From: Trichosphaerium sp. ATCC 40318
Taxonomy: Eukaryota > Protista > Tubulinea
Assembly (NCBI GenBank): GCA_038496445.1
Contig: JALMLS010000577.1
Location: 248,001 to 312,000, forward strand
DNA: 64,000 bases
Direction: 5' to 3'
Positions 11,076-23,402 of this stretch are shown piece after piece; position 1 is the first letter of the stretch; each line of letters starts with the position of its first letter. The notes below the pieces were generated by a model, which was given only the letters and a program-made list of their open reading frames with translations, was not told where the DNA came from and searched no databases. The position numbers and the translations under genes were made by a program.

Positions 11076-12020
11076 TTATGGAAACTCGAATACTAGTGTT
11101 TTGCATGATTTTGGGTCGAGAGGTTTTGCATCTGGTTCAGTAGTCACGTGCTTGTATCCAGGGAATCGTTTAAAACTAAATGTCAATCTTTCCTTTAACC
11201 ACATTCCATTTTGTTTAGCCAAACGTGGTAAATTCCTAAAAAATAGTTAACCTACAAGTGCAAGAAAGATAATAGTGAAGAGTAGGTTTTTTTTTGTAAA
11301 CTGTTTGGGAATTTGGGATTGGCACGTGCAACCAAAACTTATCGCCTTTTTTTTTTGTCTTTACGAACGTACCAAAGGTTGTACGGTGGTCCATCCTTAA
11401 TTGTAATGTGTATATTGCCTGTTGGTATTATGCATTCTTTGGCAGAGTTTATAAACGCAGAGACAAGTAGTCTGTTCTCGTGAGTCCGTTGTTTGCCAGT
11501 ATGAGGGAAATTAAAGATTATTATGTCAAATCTAATAGAAAATTGGTAAAAACCTCAACGCCACATTTTGTTTTGTTTTTTTTTTCGTCGGTGAGCGTAA
11601 TTGGACGTACTTTTGTGATGGAAAATGATGTTCTAGGTTTGTTGCGTCAATTTCATGCAAAACTTGTACATTATGCTTAGCAAGCGCCTTTAGGTTTGAC
11701 GTCGTGTTTGTATACTTGGTTGTAACTGTTTCGAGTGAATCTAGTGATGTACAAACGAGATTGTCTCCTTTATTACCAATTGACGTTAAAAGTCCTACAG
11801 TACAATAAATACCCTTAATGCTGGCTTCAGCACCTTTGGAGAAAGAGAAATCACCGTCACCAACTACCAGAAGTCGTTGTGTCTTGTGATAGGTCACCAG
11901 GCGTCCGTTATGCGTTTTTCGTCGTGTAGCGCCTCCTCCATTCTTTTTAGCATTATTTCCTGTTTTTTGCTTTTTGGAGTTCTTCTTTGGTTTTGGTTTA
12001 TCCCTACGCTTTCTCTTCAT
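11076..12020 (-). CDS. BMT5/DUF2431-family rRNA uridine-N3 methyltransferase-like protein
   Basis: LLVVGDGDFSFSKGL, LVCTSLDS, VLHEIDATNL, a Lys-rich N-terminus, and C-terminal FKRFPGYKHVTT; several introns. Confidence 0.85.
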
Positions 12021-12256
12021 AGTGTATAATTCAAAATAATACAGACCGCAGTTGACACCTTTTTGTCGCGAGATTTCTTTAAGTTAGTATATTTTAGTCT
12101 CTGTCACCGTCGCACGCTGGACAGTGATGTTGTTTCTATTAAGTGTAGTTGCAAAGGGCACACGGCGTTCTTTACGTTGACTGAAAACAACACGTGTTGT
12201 TCCTTTTGGCTGTATTAAAAATGGCGTATTTCAACAAGAAATTTTTTGGTTTTTTT

Positions 12257-15178
12257 TTACATTTTTTCTTGTCCTATTATGACATTAGGATCTGGTTTCT
12301 TTTTTGGTATAATGAGGCACAGCAACTAATAAGTGTCAGTAAGTCAATAGTCTAGTAGTCACAGAATGACATTGAATGGTACGTACAACGCATACAAGAC
12401 ATAGACATACAAGTGAGAAAAGGACGATAGCAATAATAAGATACACTTTGTAGTCGTCCCAAAATTTAGCACTTCCTGTAAGAATTTGGCGTGAAGGAGG
12501 TTCAAATACAGTTGATGTTGAAATTTGGATCTTTCCATCTCCTTTTGTAACTGGAGTACTATCTACACTAATTGGGAAATTACCAAGTTGGATGAGATAC
12601 TCCTGTTAAAATATTTAACCAAATGTCAATCGAATTAGTCCTAAAGGTACCTCTCCCTCTTCTGCAGAAAAGGTTATTCTACTCTTAAAATTACAGTCAT
12701 TAGAACTACAACTTATTAAGTTATTGTTGTCAAGTTCCATGCAATTGTTAGTAGTGTATACAGCCATCTATGAAGGGTAAGTATTAACGTTTCTGCATTA
12801 GAAGTTGGACCTTTGTATCTACTGTTGTCAAGCCACCACACGTGTCTATTGTTACTTCGCTTGTACCCTCCGCCTTCCACTTAAACCATATATCAGCTTC
12901 GATATCCAATAACCCATCTGTATCACACCTTGTAAGACCTTGGCCGGTTGTACCTTTAGTTGCACTATCAAACGGTTATTTCTTGTTTTACCAAAGTTAC
13001 CAAACATACCGTGAGTTATCCCAATCGAATAATCCTAGTCCTGTAATATTTAAGGCATCTTCGCACTCATCAGCAACTAGTATAGAAATTATTCTGTGCA
13101 TTCAAAGTAAAACACGTGACAAGAGGATTAAATAATCTGACTTTCCAAAATATTGCATTAAACATGTAATGTACTGCCTTAAATGATTTCTGGCGTACAT
13201 GGTATATCAAACTCTGATGGTGGATCAGGTTCTACTACAGAAAGACATAGAGGAGACCTTGTTCTTACAGTATCCTCTAGAAATCGTCTAATCGCCCAGT
13301 TCACACGCACACTATCATTACCATAAAAATTGCGTCTTCCCATCCATTCACCTATATTTCCTAGTGTACCACCAATGCGAGTATTATCACAATAACTCAT
13401 AATAGATCCTTTAAAAATCGGATTATGAAAGCTTTTTTGAAACAAAAACGTTCAACATGTGACGATCTCTTACCTCCAGTGGGTGGCAGTTCTTCTTCGC
13501 CTCCCCAACACGAGAATTCTTCGTTGTTACAATGGTCTATTGCAGGAGGATCTTGTCCGTCGTATTCAAAACAAGACAGTTGAAGTGAGTTGTAGCAATG
13601 TGTATGACGGCTATTAAGATTGTGACCTAACTGAATGGTTATGACCTTGAAACAACTATTAGAATATTTAACACACCAATTTCATGACCAACAACAACAG
13701 TATCCCATTTTGGATTATTCTCTTGAACACCAGAAACACCTAGTGGGTCCGATGAGTGCTCGTTTAATAAATGTATTCTGTACCAAACGGATTGTTTGTA
13801 CATGCTCTCCCAAGGTACGCTTCACCGCCAACGTTACGCCCTGTCAATAAATGTACAATCCCAAGATTGCTTTGTTCAATCAAAGTACTTTTGTCACCAC
13901 TAGAATTCGGTAAGGATAAAACAAAACCCTTATCAGACAGTAACAAAGCAAGCCGTACAACTGGTATAAGCTCTGGAGAGAATTTAATAAGTTTCTTCGG
14001 TATTGACTATTGCTTACTCCTTCTCCTGAAGGCCACGGTTGTCCCTCTTTTTTATCTTCAGCAACAAACAAAAATTGGAGAAAAAAGGAGTTTGGCGTAC
14101 GTGGATAAAAACTGAGCTCTTCTACTATAACACGCAACCCTAAATCGCGCTCATACATAACATTGATGCGGTTCACTAAGCTAGCTATATAATCACTAGC
14201 TGCACGTGCTGCTAATCCTCCAAAATCCTTTTCATAAAAGTCGTAAAAATTTGTGTCTGTTTCGAACGCTGCCTTAGTTTACCAGTTAATAAAAAAGACC
14301 GCACGAATACAATCCTAACCTTTATGCTATATAAGGGTTGCCAGTCTCTGTAGATCGAAGGGCACTCCACGCTAAAACAAAGTTTAGAGTACTCAACACT
14401 GTGAGTGGCATACGAAGGTGTCTGACGTTTTGACAAGTCAGGCATGTCATGTTCATCCGGAACTGGATGCTCGTGCATACTACAACTAAACCCAGATTCT
14501 CCCAATGACCTCTTTGATTGTGGTCTCATTGACAATGAGTCTCCATCCATGTGTCCTATGAACCAAGAATTCTGAATGTTAATGTCAAGCTTTCATTCTG
14601 TTGTTTGCAGTAAGTAACTACGTTTTACCTGATGATATATCCACGCTGTAACATTCATCCACTCATGAACGGTTAAGAAAACTTGAGATTCGTCATCTGT
14701 GGTGATCACGCCATTGAAAAAATGCGACTCTAAATATCGTTTTAGCGTTGTATATTGGTCTAAAATTGATCTATTTCCATCTCATTATTCAAAAAAAAAT
14801 GAAAGTTCAGTTGTTTTTCAGATGGTAGGTAGTTCTGTACTTGGTGGATTCATATATCCTTCTCCTTTGACGAATATGCGCGTGGTCGGAGAATAAGGTG
14901 TTGGACGTTTTTGTAGCGTGTATTTAAGTGGTTCCACAGTCCCTCTAGGCTATTGGTTTAGTTTAAAGCTTTCTGTGAGGTAGTATGTGCCGTTTATTTG
15001 TATTAGCATGAACTTCAAACTCAACGCCTGTTTCGTATACTCCAGGGTTGGCCACAAAGTCTTTGAACGTAATTGAAGCTGAAACTATACATAACAATCC
15101 GCACGTGATCTAAATACCATTATGAATATGCTTATACACTACTTTAATGGTTTGTACAAGAAAGACCTTCACCATCAT
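12257..15178 (-). CDS. Type I membrane zinc metalloprotease, M12B/reprolysin-like
   Basis: Signal peptide MMVKVFLITCGLLCIVSA; VHLLTGRNVGGEAYLGRAC; spliced zinc motif HEIGHNLNSRH; Met-turn GSIMSY; Cys-containing beta domain; TM segment VYLIIAIVLFSLVCLCLVCVLLCLII and a short tail. Confidence 0.82.
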
Positions 15179-15322
15179 TCTCCAAGTGTAGAAATCACTT
15201 AAATGTTAACAACTTACAATAGTGGTTTCCAATGTAATCTACTGGACAAAATTAAGTCGACGCTGGTAATCCTTTCTTGGGTATTCAACGTGTTATAAGT
15301 ACAATTGAGATGTTTATTTTAT

Positions 15323-16750
15323 TTACTTTTTTGTACGTCGTTTCTTTAACTTTTGTGTTGTTGGTGACGCTGACGACTGCCTTTTTGGTGATTTTTTTTC
15401 CTTTTCTGGTGTTTTATCTTTACCTCCTCGCAACTCACTCGCAAATAGTACTTCTAATAGTTGTTTAGTTTGCGAAGCATGGTTCAAGTATATCTTATAT
15501 CGTACCAACAGCCCAACCACAATATTCGCCTAGGTGTTTCTTGAAGTAAGACGTAATTTCAGAATACTGTGCTTTTGTAGGCGATTTCCCAGGGAGAGAC
15601 ATGTACCGCTTTGCAATTTGATACACGTGCGTATCAACCGGTACTCTATCTAGCTTCGACCTGTAATTGTAATTGAGCAAACGTTTCAAGTAACCACTTC
15701 AATTGATAGCACGCACATGCCAAACAATGTCACGCAGTCAGCAACTTTGGGTCCTTTAATAATATTATTTTCTGCACTACAATTCGAGATTGTACTTACC
15801 GATGCCTTTGATCTTTATTAACTCTGACCGCACTTCTTCAACGTCTTCCTCTGATAGCTCATCGAGCCATTTCTTTCCACCACACTCTAGAATATATTGT
15901 GCAGCGACTGGAATGTACTAAATGAGACTGATTAAAAACTACATGTAAATACAGCAAAAATAAAAGAAAAACAAAGTGTCAACTTACTTTTGCTCTGTAA
16001 CCCATACCCAAGTCTCTTAACTCTTGTTCGGTAGCCTCTGCTAGTTTTTCGACGGTTGGGAAGTCGTAAAAGTCTTCACCGTCTATCGTAGTTACAAGGT
16101 TTCCGTATGCTTCTGAAAGCGCTTCAACAAGTCCTTGAATGCGTTTGATATTATTGTTTTGAGAAATGATAAATGAGAATAACGTCTCAACTGATTCTTG
16201 CTTTAAAATACGTAAACCAGGTATCTCTTTTACGGCAACCTCCAATCGTTTGTTTAATTTTGATTTACCAGTCGTCCAAGTTTTTTCTAATGCGTTCAAG
16301 TCGCTGTCAAGCCTGAAGTATGTTTTAATGTCTATTAATGCGTGTTAACACTTCATTGATAGGTTTCGTAAAATTATTAGGTTGTAGGCATGAAACTACA
16401 AGCAAACCAGCATAGCAGTACTGACAGCGCCCATCATAGCGAAACGCACCCTCTTCAAATGAATCTAACATTATTAGTCAAATTGACGTTTACTTTCTAC
16501 GCTTACCGCTTGACACTGGGGGAATAGCGCTGACACATAGGAACTGTTCTTTTTTCGCTGTATCCAACCACACAGAAACGACTCTATTCAATATAACAGC
16601 ACGCCATCTACCGTTTTCTTGCTTGCGCCACCTACGAGCTTATTACGCTGATTTACTTACGAAAAGTTAATACCTAAATGCTTGGCCACAATCAAGCGTA
16701 TTTTTTAGGTGCAACCCACCAGTTGTGAGCTTTATGCGTAAAGCAGCCAT
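15323..16750 (-). CDS. OGG1: 8-oxoguanine DNA glycosylase/AP lyase
   Basis: TLDCGQAFRW, ETLFSFIISQNNNIKRI, FPTVEKLA, LRDLGMGYRAKY, helix-hairpin-helix IKGIGPKVADC, and VPVDTHV. Confidence 0.93.
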
Positions 16751-16954
16751 TTGTTTAATTGAAGCAGTACTGAATCACGTGTGACTTACCACTTTTTTGC
16801 TTGGTTTGTAGTACACCCAACCGCTCAGCTGTGTACAAAGAAAGTCAGCCTGCTAGCTAAATGAAAAGAGGGTTGCCTGTTCTGCTTTTGTATCTTTTCG
16901 ATTCATAGACTTGCCACCCAAAATCAAGATGAAAAACTGCAAGCTTGAATAGCC

Positions 16955-17782
16955 ATGTCTTCTTATTCTAGGATCGCCTCATTTGTTAGGAGCATAACTA
17001 CATCCGCAACAGCGCACTCAAGTGCATCAAAAAAAAGCAAAATTGTTGTTTGCTCAAGGTCATTGTTTTGGTTGTTTCCATGTGCTTACTGTTATAGGAA
17101 CGATGAAGGCTCAGCAAACGCGGCTGTAATGGTAAACCAGGCAAGCTTCCCTCGGAAGGAATTACCAGCCTCCCAGAGAGTACCGCTACGCGACAAAACA
17201 ATGAAGCAAAAAGTTGAGCCGTTAAATATGACATCTACTCGCTAATAGTAATACAAGGTTCCTGAAGCTAAGATTCTACCTCCCTGTGCAAGACAGCATT
17301 TTCTATCACCTACGAAAGTTGCACCAAGTTTATCTTTAGCAGATTGTATCATATTCTTAAAAGCATGCACTACAAATAGCCTGCAACATCGGCCTTTCGA
17401 AGACTTGGTTGAAATTGTTTTCTGCGCTTTGGACACCCTTCGGGATTTGCACGCTAGAAACATCACTCATGGAGCAGTTAGAACTAGCAGCATCTTATAT
17501 TTACCGGCTGGCGAGATTAAACTATCGAATTGCGATAACTCACTCCAGCATGCGACACCGAGAACTAAAACAACATTGAAAAAACGCAAGTATGCTGACA
17601 TTGTCTCCTTGGCTGAGATGGTTGTCGAACTTGCTCTGAGCAGTGACGTACTGTCTCCAAACGAAATTAATCTTCTTCTTACGTTTTCAATGGAGTGCTA
17701 CGACAAAAAGAGAACACTGAAAATTTTATGTGATTACTTGAGTATTATACGAAATCTTGGACAATCAGACTTTAGAATTTAG
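16955..17782 (+). CDS. Degenerate kinase-like (pseudokinase) protein
   Basis: LDTLRDLHARNITHGAVRTSSILY...GEIKLSNCD...ADIVSLAEMVVEL matches kinase subdomains VIa-IX, but with no HRD, DFG or visible Gly-loop/VAIK. Confidence 0.5.
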
Positions 17783-18131
17783 AACCTAGAATCAGGTTTA
17801 CCTGCCTCTCATGTTCAATGAATCAACACTCTATAAATTGTTAAAGGATATATTTACCAGACATAGAGCTATGTGCACTAGCTTGGTATACATTTCTTGC
17901 TACAACTTGTTTGTAAATAAACTTTTCCATGTTGCTACGAATAGTACTGTCTTGCATGAAACGTGAACACAAGGTAGTGGTTAGTTAAACACTCGTTGTA
18001 GTATACAACAGCCATACCGCTTACTTTTTATTTTGCAGTGAGGGGATATTAGCCAAGGCTGTATTTATTTACAATCATTAGATATTTTTTTATTTTACAA
18101 TTATTTAACGTCAATTGGCTTTGTTTGTCTT

Positions 18132-21100
18132 TTAACTATACCCCAGTCTTAGCAAATTCTTTCTTCTATAAAAAAGGGTTAGTGACTCCATACAGTGTTG
18201 GATGAAAAATAAGAAACGCACATTTTTGACTTTTTTGACTTTCTGGCTCTCTTCAACTTTGTTGGCGAAACCTCCTCACTAGTATCCTCATCAAGTTCAC
18301 CCTGCATCGTCATAGCACCTTGACCAGCTCTTGGTGTATTTTCCCTAAATTTACCATTAATACATATTCCAGTAGCTTTAATCTCCAACCTGCTGCTTGC
18401 AGGTGATAGGCTTCCCATGCTTCGTGATCGATGAAGGCGAGCTCGTGCACTCAATAATCCGCCTTCTTTTGACATTTGTATTGTTTGTCTATTACCTCTA
18501 TTACCTCGAACCCTCCTAATCCAATATAATGAGACTCTGCTAACGCATTGAAATAAAGCTAACGAGGTACCTTGGCGAGTGATCACTTTTGCTCAAAGCT
18601 GTCTTCTGTTGGCTGAAAATGCGAATATTATCACCTTTCTGTTTCCTTGGTGAACCAGGTTCCCATATAGGCACAGTCGCACTTTCAAGTGGTGGTAAAG
18701 AAGGCATAACGGTTGGTATTTCTCTGCTGTACCGTAGATCAGCGTAAGATGTCGATGGCGCTAGGAACCAAATTTATCAGTACTAATGACAACTTTGTGA
18801 GTTTGTCTATCTTTCGTACTAGATAGTATTGATCCAGAAGCTTCACTTGCATCATAAATGGTGGATGGTGTTGAGCCTACCTAAAAAAATACAAGATTAG
18901 AAGATATACAGTCAGTTAATCTTGCGTGTACAGTATTAGCACGTTCAAAGAAACCTCCAACTTGAGAGCCTTTTCCACTTCGAAGATGTTCTTTTAATTT
19001 TGCAATTTCTTGATCAAGTTGCCTTTGTTCTAGTATTTGTTCATCCTCATCCTTTTCGAATTTTAGCCACATGTGCATATTCTCAAAAACCCCTGTAGCA
19101 CGTGATAAGAAAAACTAGTGACTGCATAATAATCACATATAAAGAACGTACAAGCATGAAAAGATACAGGTTTGCGACCAACTACAGCTTCAAAATCATT
19201 GCTCACTTTCAAACTACTTGATTGTATGTAAAACTGTACAAGAGACCTAACAGATACAGTATTAACAAAACTCAATCATGTGATTACAGCGTACGTGCTG
19301 GGAGCCGAAACTCGTTTTTTAAGGAACGCTATTGCCTCTTTTTTTGTAACCGGTTTATGCGTGAGCTCTCGCAATCCTTGTCAAAAGAGTTAGCACTTAC
19401 GAGAAAAACAGTTCTAATTATATTTCTTTTTTACCTCCATTGATGAGTACTTTGACTATGCTTTCTATTCTTTCACCATAGGATGTACTACTAATGGTAT
19501 ATGTCTTTTCATCATGCTGTGATCCCTTGTGTGTTGCAATTTTTACCAGAAATTCAGCGCAATCCTTACCGTTAATGAGGTGCTACAGCAAAACATTGTT
19601 AGTATCTCAAAAAAAAGAAAAGTATTTACCCAAGCCCAGTGAGTCATAGCAACAAGGTGGTTCTTTTCCTTGACTTCTTCGCCGAAAATGGCGTTAAAAT
19701 CATCATATGTAGAACCTGCTCTTACAATTGTGTAGTGTGTAACAATACGTTTTACCTAGGCTTGTTATCACCACAGAATCATAAATTTGATAAAAAGTAG
19801 TCATCGTACTGATTGCTCTATTTCATGTGCCCATTTACTCAATTTATTGGTGAACCTACCGCAACCTGGTACACATTAAGTACACGTGTACAATTAAGTA
19901 ATTTAAAAAAAAAAGATTGATGAGTTGTTAAGACTAACCTATGCTGCATGGTGTGAACCTAATAGCACGTTGTACACCCACTTTGTTATTTGCTTTTCCA
20001 TATATTTTTAAAAACTCTCTGAACCTGAAATACTCTTGTTGATCGTTATCTGTAAAGAGTAACAAGCAAGTGACATCTTGAGTTAAAAAAAAGGTCAACA
20101 AAAAAAATTAAACTCTAAAAAGCAGTTGTACTTTGGAATAGGTTAGACCACGTTGCAGGATTTTGTTCTATCAAAAAATCGTTAACACCATTGTAATGTA
20201 TTAGACTACATACCTGAATAGCGAATAACAGTAATGTCAAATGGTATGGCATCCTCTATTTTAGCCTTTTCTGGCATAGCTAATTTAACATTGTATCGCT
20301 GCAAAACAAACACATTAAGCGAATAAATCTACGCATGTTTTTACGCTTACTTTAGCAACCAACATCTGTGCTACTACACGGGCAACCTTACTTGTCCCAC
20401 TGTACACCAAATACTACAGCAATGAGACAAAGAAAACACTTGCTCAACGTACAGTATCTTTGGTTATCAAATCCATTTCTTTGCAAAAGTCTGCTGACTT
20501 GGTTAACTTACTGCCTACAGGTACAAATTAGACCACTTGCGCACATGATTGTTACACATACCTTTATTCCTTGATTTCTTGTCACGAATGCTATCCATCC
20601 ACGCCTTCCACTGACCGTCCCGTATTTTTATTGCCTTGGAATCCAAAAAAACAGCTCTTTAAACAAGTATGAGTCATTTGTTAATATTAAAATATTAACG
20701 TACTTCCCACCAGATACACCAATAGCACGTGATCCACCAAGAGATATAACCTCAATCTCTGGCTTCTCTGGCCTTTTGTATACATATTTTGGCTTTTTAC
20801 TTTTAATCACCAGCCGAAGGTTTTTAATTACAGTCTCAGCTTGGGCGATACACCGCTCTGGATAGGATTCTTTGAAGGAGTTAACAGCACCAGCAACAAA
20901 TATATGAGGCCAATCAGGAAGTTGAAGGTATTCATTGACCTGAAAAATTAACTGTAAGTAATACTGTTCAGCTCTGTTCTCACGTTTTCGTACTTTAATA
21001 TACGAATCAGTTGTGAGACAGTCATGGAATGTTGACTTCATAAATTCTGACGATGGCTGTGGATCACAGAAAAAAACCTAAGAAAAATATAAGCCTTTCC

Positions 21101-23170
21101 ATTAGGTTATTATAACCTAACCTTCTTAGCGTTGAGGCGGTAATTTCCGCCTGGCATAAAAGAAAACCCATTATCATCATTTTTTTGTACAAACTCCCAG
21201 TCAACACTTCTTAGCACTTTGACACCTTTTTTAATCAATGCATCAAATACCAAACTCGCACACTAGAACATTAGTGATAATCTGTAAACGAAAATTAATG
21301 TACACGTACTTCCTTATTAACATTATCTACAAGATAGTAATCCTTAGCCACCAAGGTTACTGTATGCTTAGTCTTAGAGCGCCTACAACTTGTCACAAAT
21401 ACTTAGGAATTAGCAACTACGCACTTGTGCACCTCGGCCAACTCCCCTGCAATAGATACGCCCATAGCACCGCATCCAACTACAAGAACATCCTACAAAG
21501 AAAATAAGAGTAAAAAAAAATGTAAAGAAGCATACAGTGGATGTTTTCAACGCCTTCATATGTGTTCGTAGTTCAGCCATGCTATAATTCATTACGTAGC
21601 AAGGATCTGGATGCTTTACTTTCGCTAAAATGAATATTTAGCACGTATAGAAGAAAGATCGCATGCGTGTACCTATATAAGACATGCCAGTACATACAAC
21701 TAGATAGTCATATGAAATTGTTTGCGTTTCCAATATAACCTTATCTAGGCCAACTCTCTTGACTTCGCCTATAACAACACGTGTCCTTTTTAGATATGAG
21801 TCATGTAAACATGTGATATTCCTTTCTGCCTTTGCTTTCGCTTTTTCTTTCATTGTTGAATGAAAGAATCCAATTAAAGCAGGGCTGATGTCAAACGATT
21901 CCTATAAGTAATTAGTAAATCAAAGTTAACCTTCAGGATACGCGTATTGCCTCATACCTTCATGTCAATCAATACAACCTCAATACCTTCATCTTTTTCC
22001 ATTCTTTTGGCAATAAGAGATCCAGCAAAGCCACCACCGATAATAACTAATCGCGATTTGGATATTTCTGTGAGATCGGCTTTTAAATCCAAGAATTCTG
22101 GGAGGTAAGTGATAATCAAATAAATAGCCAGCTCTTTTATTGCATCATCGAATATAGAGTGCTTGCGTATGCCAGATTGTGACATCTCAGAACACAAGTT
22201 TTCAATTGTTTTTGGTGCTAATTTAAGCTTGCACGTGGTACCAAAATATCTCCTGCTGATATGCTTTAAAAGGTCTTTTAACTCAAACAGATCAGCCTAA
22301 AACCATTCTTATAAGCAAAAAGTCTCACTCAACACAAAAACAAAAAAAAAATAGTTGTCACATGACGTATGACAATCAAGAGTTCGAATGGAACGAATTA
22401 AATTAAAAAAAACTCCTTACACAATTTGTTGGATAGTGTTGGAAGTTTTTTATTTGATTTGTAGTTTTTATTGTTTCAGGAGAAAATCTGCAAAATATAG
22501 GGTACGTACTTGGCGAAATTTTATTACATCTGCCCAAAAATCTACATTGATATGTTCTTTTCCATGTGCCTGGACAAAATACCGAAATTGATCCTGGCGG
22601 ATCTTGTCGTTCATAATCGCTTCAATCTGTTCCATACGCTTATCCAACACCTCCAGAAAGAATTGATCGCGTTTAAATCGCGGAAAACTGTCAGCTGACA
22701 ATGTAGTATGGACGGAACTTAAAGCGTCTTCGAATACACTCTGAAAATCGGCCAGGGGTGTAGAAGAGCGCTAGTTACATTATAAGGCTCGTTTTGTTAT
22801 TAAATAAAAAACAATTTTATACTCAGTTTGCGTCTTACCTTGCGAAATACCTCTACAATACGCTCTTGGATATTGCCTGGAATGTTAACTTCGTACTGAG
22901 AGTTTTTGTTGAAGTATTTATTGTACACCATGACTGATGCAATTGCTGGATCATCAGCCCTTCTGACATTGCGTACATCTAGGTAAAACTCTAGATTCTA
23001 AATATGGTAGTTAGACGCGCTGTTTGCAGTAACAAAAGGTGCTCGTAAGCGTGTTGTACCTCTTGAGCGTATTCTTTCGTTAGGAATTTTTTAAACGCCG
23101 TGACGAAGTCAGCATCATCTAGAACAGTGTCTAGAGTGAATTGACTAGCCAGCGCATGAGACAGAGCCAT
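18132..23170 (-). CDS. RGS-RGS-FSP1/AIFM2-like FAD oxidoreductase-NmrA-like fusion protein
   Basis: RGS1: LDTVLDD...AFKKFLTKEYAQENLEFYLDV. RGS2: IMNDK...FRYFVQAHGKEHINVDFWADVIKF. Oxidoreductase: LVIIGGGFAG, YDYLVVCTG, VLVVGCGAMGVSIAGEL. NmrA-like: YLVYSGTSKVARVVAQML, TIVRAG, INGKDCAEF, FEAVVGRKPVSFHAWVFEN. S/R-rich tail. Confidence 0.75.
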
Positions 23171-23402
23171 TTAAAATAGCGCTCTATTTCCTCACAAATA
23201 ATGTACCGTTACATTCGATAGAACAGGAAATCGGTAACGTTTGCAGTAAATAACGCCAACCATTTAAAAAACTGAAAACTGTGAAGTGATGGTTCGGCTT
23301 AAGCCAGGCAGGAACTGAAATAACACGAAAAGGATCTAAACAACACCACGCAATAGGTGGAGTGTAGCAGTGATCAGTTGAGGCTTGTTTGTGTCACATC
23401 CT

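Noticed and set aside
13600-13690. Apparent inactive protease motif IQLGHNLNSRH
   Set aside because: IQL is intron sequence; correct splicing gives an intact HEIGHNLNSRH. An upstream AAG acceptor also starts with GHN but frameshifts to a stop.
16340-16449. Longer OGG1 intron with ATGATGG and a short hairpin, possible snoRNA
   Set aside because: Imperfect C box, no CTGA D box and no terminal stem.
20460-20520. Possible 3-nt microexon (ag|GCA|gtaagt)
   Set aside because: A normal longer exon in phase 1 keeps the frame.
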